A DNA stretch of 64,000 nucleotides from Acidobacteriota bacterium (GTDB taxonomy: Bacteria; Acidobacteriota; Thermoanaerobaculia; Gp7-AA8): NCBI GenBank assembly GCA_019244185.1, contig JAFATB010000025.1:64001-128000 (forward strand), in the 5' to 3' direction. A program made the position numbers and the translations under genes. Positions 57,952 to 64,000 of this stretch are shown in pieces. The notes under the pieces are model-generated. The model was not told the DNA's origin, made no database searches, and was given only the letters and a program-made list of their open reading frames with translations. Numbering within the stretch: the first letter of the stretch is position 1; every line of letters begins with the position of its first letter.

Positions 57952-58278
57952 TTAGCAACGAAGGCGCGCGATGGCGGCACGGGCCTGCGCGCGCAACGCC
58001 TCGAGATCGACGCCGCGCGCGTTCGTGACGTCGGCCATCGCGCGGATCCCTTCCTCGAGCCGCTCCACGGCCGCGCGGCGCTGCCCGCGCGAGACATGAT
58101 GCATGCCGGTGCTGAGCTGCAGGAGCACGCGCACGAGCGGCACTTCATCGCGCACGGCCTCGAAGAAGAGCTCCTCGAAGAGATCCGAGGCTTCGAGCCA
58201 GTCGCCGGATGCGACGTGCGCGAGCGCGGCGGCGAAGCGCGGATCGTCTTCCAGCGGCGGCAGCGCGGCGTGCGACAA
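57952..58278 (-). CDS. DUF309-like protein
   Basis: GDWLEASDLFEELF..LLQLSTGMHHVSRG resembles DUF309; TTG start inferred. Confidence 0.55.
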   Translation of the reverse strand: MSHAALPPLEDDPRFAAALAHVASGDWLEASDLFEELFFEAVRDEVPLVRVLLQLSTGMHHVSRGQRRAAVERLEEGIRAMADVTNARGVDLEALRAQARAAIARLRC

Positions 58279-58296
58279 GCGCGGTCGATTGTAAAC

Positions 58297-59190
58297 TTGC
58301 GCCGCTTGCTGCGCGGTCTGCCGCTCATCCCGCTGCTCCTCGCGAACCTCATGCTCTGGGGCACGCTGGTGTTCCTCGGCGGGTTCGTCAAGTTGTTGAC
58401 CTTCGGCGCCGCGCGCCGCCGCGTGATCCTCGGCATGGCCTGGCTGGCCGAGCGCTGGGTCATCACCAACGACTTTCTCTTCGATACCTTTCTCTCGACG
58501 CGGTGGGACGTCGACGGCTTCGAGACGCTGCGCCACGACGGCCACTACCTCGTCATCAGCAATCACCTCTCGTGGATCGACATCTTCGCGCTCTGCCGCG
58601 TGCTGCACGGCCACGCGCCGTTCATCCGCTTCTTTCTCAAGCACGCGCTGATCTGGTTCCCGATCGTGGGACAGGCGTGCTGGAGCCTCGAGTTCCCGTT
58701 CATGCGCCGCTACTCGCCCGAGTACCTCGCCGCGCATCCGGAGAAACGCGGGCGCGATCTCGAGACGACGCGCATCGCCTGCCGCCGCTATCGCGACATC
58801 CCGGTGACGATCGCGAACTTCGTCGAGGGGACGCGCTTCACGCGCGCGAAGCACGCCGAGCAGCAGTCGCCGTATCGATACCTGCTGCGGCCGCGCGTGG
58901 GCGGCGTCGGCTTCGTGCTCGCGTCGATGGCCGAGCAGCTCGACGCGGTGTACGACGTCACCATCGTCTATCCCGCGCATGAAGACGCCACGATCCTGTC
59001 GTTCGTCCTCAACCGCGTGCCGCGCGTCATCGTGCGCGGGCGCAGGCTCGACGTGCCGCGCGAGTTCTACGACGACGCGATCACGCAACCGGGTCCGGAG
59101 CGCGAGCGGTTCAAAGGGTGGATCGAGGCGATCTGGCGCGAGAAGGACGCACAGATCGCCTCGCTCGTCGAATCGTCTACTTCTGCTTGA
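58297..59190 (+). CDS. PlsC/YihG-like acyltransferase
   Basis: NHLSWID (HX4D), FVEGTRF, YLLRPRVGG, YDVTIVY. Confidence 0.85.
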   Translation: MRRLLRGLPLIPLLLANLMLWGTLVFLGGFVKLLTFGAARRRVILGMAWLAERWVITNDFLFDTFLSTRWDVDGFETLRHDGHYLVISNHLSWIDIFALCRVLHGHAPFIRFFLKHALIWFPIVGQACWSLEFPFMRRYSPEYLAAHPEKRGRDLETTRIACRRYRDIPVTIANFVEGTRFTRAKHAEQQSPYRYLLRPRVGGVGFVLASMAEQLDAVYDVTIVYPAHEDATILSFVLNRVPRVIVRGRRLDVPREFYDDAITQPGPERERFKGWIEAIWREKDAQIASLVESSTSA

Positions 59191-60148
59191 AGTCCGCCGG
59201 CAGCGCGACGTCGGACGCGGACGTCGACGCGCGCAGGACGTCGGTCGTCGACTCGAACAGCTTGCTGTGACCCGGCGCGGATGCCGCGTCGCCGCTGCCG
59301 CTGTTGCGCTTCTTCATCGCGCGCGAGAGCAGGCCGCCGACCACGCCGCCGCCACCCGAGTCCTCATCCTTCGCTTCCTGTCCCGGCGCGGCCACGCTCT
59401 CGAACGTGAGCGTCGTGCGCACGGCGTCGCCTTCGAACGACGAGCGCTTTGCGGCGAACGCCTTCATCGCCTTCGCGAACGTCGGCGTCGACGCCATCAG
59501 CACCGCCATCTGCTGCATCTCCGCGCTCGGGTCGCCGTAGAGCTGGCGGAAGTACTTCTCGTTGAACGCGAGCACCTCGCGCAGCGCGGGAATGCGCGGT
59601 CCCATCCAGAGATCGGCGGTGAGGACGGCGCCGCCCGACTGCGCGAGCTTCTTGCCTTTCTCGTGCACCGTCGCGGTGACGAGCACCTCGTGCGTGTCGT
59701 AGTCGCCGATCTTCTCCTTCTTGCCCGTTTCACGGACGTCGAAGTCGACCTCGTACTCGGGACCTTCTTTCTTTTTCGCCTTGTCGTCGTCCGCGTCGTC
59801 GGCCTGCTCCGCGGCGCGCTTCTTCGCGTCCTCGAGCTGCTTGCGCAGCTCGTCGAACGTCACGACCTTGTACGTCTTGCGGCCGTAGTCGAGGCGATAG
59901 ATTTTCTCGGCGGAGAGGTCGACGAGCTCGCCGGTCTCGCCGGTGACGGTGAGTCGGCGCGGGCCTTTGACGGACGTGGTGCTGTCGACGCCTTCGCGCG
60001 CGGCGCGGCCGCCGAAGACGTTGACGATGCCGCCGACCACGCCGCCGAAGTGCACGGTGGTGTGCTGTTCGACGGTGGCGTCGGCGAGGCAAACGGACGC
60101 CGCGAGCGAGAGCGCGGCGGTGATGCAAAGAGAGCGGATCGGGACCAT
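59177..60148 (-). CDS. Secreted hypothetical protein (DUF4412-like)
   Basis: Signal peptide CLA|D; [11 protein letters not shown]; beta-rich. Confidence 0.6.
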   Translation of the reverse strand: MVPIRSLCITAALSLAASVCLADATVEQHTTVHFGGVVGGIVNVFGGRAAREGVDSTTSVKGPRRLTVTGETGELVDLSAEKIYRLDYGRKTYKVVTFDELRKQLEDAKKRAAEQADDADDDKAKKKEGPEYEVDFDVRETGKKEKIGDYDTHEVLVTATVHEKGKKLAQSGGAVLTADLWMGPRIPALREVLAFNEKYFRQLYGDPSAEMQQMAVLMASTPTFAKAMKAFAAKRSSFEGDAVRTTLTFESVAAPGQEAKDEDSGGGGVVGGLLSRAMKKRNSGSGDAASAPGHSKLFESTTDVLRASTSASDVALPADFKQK

Positions 60149-60185
60149 GCGGATGAATCTCCTATCGTTCTGGTACTTTGTCGTC

Positions 60186-60548
60186 ATGTACCAGCCGGTT
60201 TCGTTCGCGGAAAAGTTCGCACGTTTTGCCGAGACATTCCAGCCGAAAGTGGTGGCGCAGATGAATGACGTGCAATTCAAGCTCGTGCGCGTCGAAGGCG
60301 ACTTCGTCTGGCACAGCCATCCCGAGACCGACGAGGCGTTCCTCGTCATCGAAGGAATGCTGGCCATCGACTTCCGCGACGGACGCGTCGAACTGCAGCC
60401 GGGCGAGCTGTTCGTCGTGCCGCGCGGCAAGGAGCACAAGCCGTTCGCCGCGGGCGAGACGAAGATCCTCCTCATCGAGCCGGCAGGCACGCAGAACACC
60501 GGCGATGCGGGCGGCGCGATGACGGCACCGATGGACGTGTGGATCTGA
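60186..60548 (+). CDS. Cupin domain protein
   Basis: [21 protein letters not shown]. Confidence 0.88.
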   Translation: MYQPVSFAEKFARFAETFQPKVVAQMNDVQFKLVRVEGDFVWHSHPETDEAFLVIEGMLAIDFRDGRVELQPGELFVVPRGKEHKPFAAGETKILLIEPAGTQNTGDAGGAMTAPMDVWI

Positions 60549-61111
60549 TGATGCGCAACTGGACGTTGTTCGCCTTATCTCTCTTCCTCGGCTGCTCGGC
60601 CGCCGTGCAGCAGCCGCAAACGCCGCGCTTCGAAGTCACGAGCGCGACGTTCGCGGCCGGCGCGACGCTGCCCGATCGCACGATGCTGAACGGCCTCGAT
60701 TGCACGGGACCGAACGTCTCCCCCGCCCTCGCCTGGCGTAACGCGCCGGCGGCGACGCGGAGCTTCGCGTTCGTCTTCGACGACTACGAGGCGCGCGGCG
60801 GCGACGGCTTCGTGCATTGGGCCGCATACAACATCCCCGCGACCGTGAGCGCGATCGCGGAGAACGCGGGCGCGGCCGAGGGCGAGCTCGCGGGCGGCGG
60901 ACGCCAGGCGTACAACGACTTTCTGCGCCGCAGCTACGGCGGTCCGTGCCCGCCGGAAGGTCCGCCGCACAAGTACCGCTTCACCGTTTACGCGACGGAC
61001 CTGCCGTCGATCGACGACGCCGGCACGCCGATGACGTGGCGGAAGCTGCGCTTCATCCTGCGCGGCCACGTGCTCGCCGAGGCGTCGCTCACCGGCTTGC
61101 GCGGGCACTGA
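60548..61111 (+). CDS. YbhB/YbcL (PEBP/RKIP-like) lipoprotein
   Basis: NVSPALAW, FVHW, YGGPCPP..HKYRFTVYA. Confidence 0.88.
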   Translation: MMRNWTLFALSLFLGCSAAVQQPQTPRFEVTSATFAAGATLPDRTMLNGLDCTGPNVSPALAWRNAPAATRSFAFVFDDYEARGGDGFVHWAAYNIPATVSAIAENAGAAEGELAGGGRQAYNDFLRRSYGGPCPPEGPPHKYRFTVYATDLPSIDDAGTPMTWRKLRFILRGHVLAEASLTGLRGH

Positions 61112-61113
61112 GC

Positions 61114-61467
61114 ATGGGCGCGCGAGTGCTTGCCCACCTCGTTCGCGGGACGCGCGAGTACGGCGTGCCGCTCGTCTTCGCCGCGAGCGTCCTCGTCAGC
61201 GGCGCTCCCGCCGTACCGATCCTCGGCATCCGCGGCGCGGTGGCGTTCGGGATCCTGCTGAGCGCGTGGCTGCTCTTCGCGCGCGTGCTCGTCGCGGCCG
61301 TCGTCGGTCATCCCGTCACGCAAATGGTGTCGTTGCGCGTCGGGACGATCGCCTGCAGCGTCGTCTCCGGTGGCGCGGCGATCGTCGCGGCGGCCGCGCT
61401 CGACGTGCGGCTCGTGTGGGGCGCGCTCTGCGCGGTCGCATTCAGCGAGTGGTTCTATTGGCGCTGA
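61114..61467 (+). CDS. Small membrane hypothetical protein
   Basis: Hydrophobic ORF starting 2 nt after the ybhB-like stop. Confidence 0.5.
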   Translation: MGARVLAHLVRGTREYGVPLVFAASVLVSGAPAVPILGIRGAVAFGILLSAWLLFARVLVAAVVGHPVTQMVSLRVGTIACSVVSGGAAIVAAAALDVRLVWGALCAVAFSEWFYWR

Positions 61468-61477
61468 CGCCGCGACC

Positions 61478-62206
61478 TCAGCGCGCCGGCGCGCCGCCGC
61501 GCCACGCCGGCAGCGGTCGGGCGCCGATCGCGACCTCGAACGCGGCGCGGGCGAGCAGCCGCGTGGAGTCGAGCGTCGGCAGCGGCGACACGTCCGGCGT
61601 CACCAGCAGCGGGATCTCCGTGCACACGAGCGCGACCGCGTCGCATCCTCGCGATGCGAGCGACTCGATGATGCGCACGTACTCGGCGCGCGATGCCTCC
61701 GTGAAGATGCCGTTGACGAGCTCTTCGAAGATCACGCGGTTGATCCGCGCGCGGTCCTCCGGGCCGGGGACTTCCACGTCGATGCCGCGCGCGGCGAACG
61801 CCTGCGGGTAAATCCAGCTTTCCATCAGGTAGCGCGTGCCGAGGATCCCGACGCGGCGATGCTGCACCCGCGCGGCGTGATCGGCGACGACGTCCGCGAG
61901 GTGCAGGCCGGGCAGCGCCAGCGCCTCGCCCTCCTGCTCGAGGGCCATGTGCGCGGTGTTGTCGGGACAGACGAAAAAGTCCGCGCCGGCAGCGGCGAGG
62001 CGTTTCACGCTGACCGCGAGAATGTCGCGGATCTCCGGATAGCGGCCCTCGTCCCACAGCGGCATGCTGCGGCTCATCGAGATGCAGTCGAGGGTGACGT
62101 CGGGATGGTCGTGCGCGCCGAGGCGGGCGAAGCCTTCCTGACAGAACGTGCGGAAACAGAGGGCCGCGCCCTCGGTGCTGTGCGCGAGAATGCCGAGATG
62201 CCTCAT
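61478..62206 (-). CDS. Aspartate/glutamate racemase family protein
   Basis: CPDNTAH and LVCTEIPL. Confidence 0.85.
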   Translation of the reverse strand: MRHLGILAHSTEGAALCFRTFCQEGFARLGAHDHPDVTLDCISMSRSMPLWDEGRYPEIRDILAVSVKRLAAAGADFFVCPDNTAHMALEQEGEALALPGLHLADVVADHAARVQHRRVGILGTRYLMESWIYPQAFAARGIDVEVPGPEDRARINRVIFEELVNGIFTEASRAEYVRIIESLASRGCDAVALVCTEIPLLVTPDVSPLPTLDSTRLLARAAFEVAIGARPLPAWRGGAPAR

Positions 62207-62228
62207 GCGCGACAGTATAGCCTACCGC

Positions 62229-62266
62229 AGTACGAATGTACCGTACTACCGTGGTACCATGGTAGC
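62229..62266. promoter_or_regulatory. Palindromic operator with GTAC repeats
   Basis: CTACCGTGGTACCATGGTAG dyad and several GTAC boxes between divergent genes. Confidence 0.55.
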
Positions 62267-62267
62267 C

Positions 62268-62552
62268 ATGAGCGAAACCGACGACCGCATCGCCGTCGAA
62301 CGGATCCAGACCGGCGTGCGCATGGAGAAGCGCCTGGTGAAGGTGCTCAAGGGCCTGGCCGAGTATCACGACATGTCGCTGGGCGACCTCCTCGAAGGCA
62401 TCGTGCTCCACGCCTTCGACAACAAGACGCCGTTCGGCCGCGAGTCGCTGCGGAAGATCGAGGAACTGAAAAAGGTGTATCACCTCGACCTCGACTCCGC
62501 TGCCAGCCACCGCCTCACCGAGACGAGGAAGGCGCGCCGTGGACAATCGTGA
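62268..62552 (+). CDS. Small ribbon-helix-helix-like protein
   Basis: RIQTGVRMEKRLVKVLKGLAEYHDMSLGDLLEGIV pattern. Confidence 0.7.
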   Translation: MSETDDRIAVERIQTGVRMEKRLVKVLKGLAEYHDMSLGDLLEGIVLHAFDNKTPFGRESLRKIEELKKVYHLDLDSAASHRLTETRKARRGQS

Positions 62553-62922
62553 GTTCGCCGCCGCCTTCGAGGCGTGCACGCTCGCGCCGTTTCATCACGC
62601 CGATCACGTGCGCCTCGCGTGGATCTACCTGCGCGAGGCGCCGCTGCTCGACGCGCTGCACCGCTTCGTCACCGGCCTGCAGCGCTACGCCGCCAGCCGC
62701 GGCGCGTCGGGGCTCTATCACGAGACGATCACCTGGGCGTTCCTCTTCCTGATTCACGAGCGGATGCAGCGCTCCTCCGCGAGCGACTTCGCGGAGTTCG
62801 CCGAAGCGAATCCCGACCTTCTGCGGTGGAAGCCGTCCGTGCTCGACCGCTACTACCGCGCCGAAACGCTGCAGTCCGACCTCGCCCGCCGCACCTTCGT
62901 CCTGCCTGACCTAGGCGCGTAA
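62539..62922 (+). CDS. Conserved hypothetical protein
   Basis: FHHADHVRLAW and YHETIT motifs; overlaps the upstream gene. Confidence 0.7.
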   Translation: MDNREFAAAFEACTLAPFHHADHVRLAWIYLREAPLLDALHRFVTGLQRYAASRGASGLYHETITWAFLFLIHERMQRSSASDFAEFAEANPDLLRWKPSVLDRYYRAETLQSDLARRTFVLPDLGA

Positions 62923-63009
62923 AGCGTGTAACCCGCCGCGGGCCGCTCAGCCGCTCGCCGGCTGGAGCGCCCCGCAAGATCGCAGCGGCGCGAAGCGCCG
63001 TTTGCCGAT

Positions 63010-63050
63010 CTACGAAGAAGTTCGTTGACCTTACGAAACCTTTCGTATAG
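63010..63050 (+). promoter_or_regulatory. Promoter with tandem BlaI-type operators
   Basis: TACGAA-N4-TTCGT(T/A) twice, overlapping TTGACC -35; TAGTCT -10 sits 7 nt before ATG 63061. Confidence 0.7.
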
Positions 63051-63060
63051 TCTGCCGTAC

Positions 63061-63471
63061 ATGACAGCGGAGGCACTCGCGATGGGCGACATCACAACCC
63101 CCAGACCTACCGATGCGGAGCTCGCGATTCTTCGCGTGCTCTGGGAACGCGGCTCGAGCACGGTCCGCGAAGTCCACGACGCGCTCAGCCGCTCGCAGGA
63201 CACCGGCTACACCACGGTGCTCAAGCTCCTGCAGATCATGACCGAGAAAGGGCTCGTCGTCCGCGACGAGTCGCAGCGCGCGCACGTCTACTCGTCCAAA
63301 CTCGGAGAGCAGCGGACGCAGCGCCAGCTGATCGGCGATCTGATGGACCGTGCCTTCGGCGGCTCGCCGACGAAGCTGGTTCTGCAGGCACTCTCGACGA
63401 CGAAAGCGAGCGCGGAAGAGCTCCGCGCCATCCGCCGCATGCTCGACGAATTGGAAGGAGACGCGCGATGA
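63061..63471 (+). CDS. BlaI/MecI/CopY repressor
   Basis: PTDAELAILRVLW..STVREV..YTTVLKLLQIMTEKG. Confidence 0.92.
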   Translation: MTAEALAMGDITTPRPTDAELAILRVLWERGSSTVREVHDALSRSQDTGYTTVLKLLQIMTEKGLVVRDESQRAHVYSSKLGEQRTQRQLIGDLMDRAFGGSPTKLVLQALSTTKASAEELRAIRRMLDELEGDAR

Positions 63472-64000
63472 ACGCGATGGAGCTGTTGACCGGACCGCTG
63501 GCCCAGGCAATCGGGTGGGCTCTCCTGCATCTACTCTGGCAGGCCACGATCGTGGCGGCCATTCTCGGCGCCGTGCTCGCGCTGCTCTCGAACCAGAGCG
63601 CCGGCGCGCGTTACGTCGCCTCGTGCGCCGCCCTCGCCGTCGTCTTCACGATGTTCCTCGGCACCGCGTGGCGCGCGTACGATCCGGCCGTCGCGCCGAT
63701 CGCCGTCGCGCCGCACGCATCGGCGGTGCAGACCTCGATCTCGCTCGCGAAAGTGCCGCTCGTCATCGCCGTCGACGCCGCGCGCACGTGGCGCGAGCGC
63801 GCCACCGATCTCGCCGCCGCCGCACGCCAGTCGCTCCCCGGCGTCGTCGCGCTCTGGCTCGTCGGCGTCGCGCTGCTCTCGCTGCGCCTGCTCGTCAGCT
63901 GGAGCCGCGCGCGGAACCTCGTGCGCCGCGACGCGACGGAAGCCTCGCCGCAGTGGCTCGCCGTCGCCGCGCGCCTCTCGAACGCGCTCGGCCTGCGCCG
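63468..64000 (+). CDS. M56 (BlaR1-like) peptidase, 5' partial
   Basis: ATGA coupling to blaI; AIGWALLHLLWQA..ARY..ALWLVG; runs off the window. Confidence 0.85.
   Translation, partial: MNAMELLTGPLAQAIGWALLHLLWQATIVAAILGAVLALLSNQSAGARYVASCAALAVVFTMFLGTAWRAYDPAVAPIAVAPHASAVQTSISLAKVPLVIAVDAARTWRERATDLAAAARQSLPGVVALWLVGVALLSLRLLVSWSRARNLVRRDATEASPQWLAVAARLSNALGLR

Noticed and set aside
62925-63003. GC-rich structured intergenic stretch containing GGAGCGCC
   Set aside because: Only an 8-bp match to the REP family plus a weak terminator hairpin (62986-63003); not enough to call an element or ncRNA

Overview
GC-rich, densely coding bacterial chromosome segment. The gene content (duplicated-orphan ABC permease, BlaI/M56-DUF4097 cassettes, sigma54 efflux operon) suggests Acidobacteriota, possibly Thermoanaerobaculia-like; this is inference. 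About 75 CDSs are recognisable: a full Tol-Pal operon, rpsT, lptE, leuS, dtd, ssb, nagZ, mutS, hemW, meaB and der, plus many accessory regulators, hydrolases and transporters. I see no rRNA, tRNA, CRISPR-Cas, prophage or transposase genes. The unusual signals are mostly non-coding. (1) A ~345-bp array of ~16 palindromic 21/22-bp units lies beside rpsT, in an accessory patch where holA usually sits. (2) A ~70-bp multi-hairpin REP-like family has 5 copies, four of which form inverted doublets bracketing a LeuD-LeuC-fused aconitase. (3) Three dispersed foldback elements are built from 7-bp repeats, and a fourth arm is co-opted as a lipoprotein signal peptide. (4) Many genes have leaderless-type promoters, including a symmetric bidirectional -10. 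Interesting coding modules are a VTE5/VTE6-like prenol kinase fusion facing a GT2-methyltransferase plus GDP-mannose synthase, a NodF/NodE-like ACP-ketosynthase pair, and an HD-GYP/TPR/Roadblock operon. Family assignments come from motif recognition by eye, not database searches.
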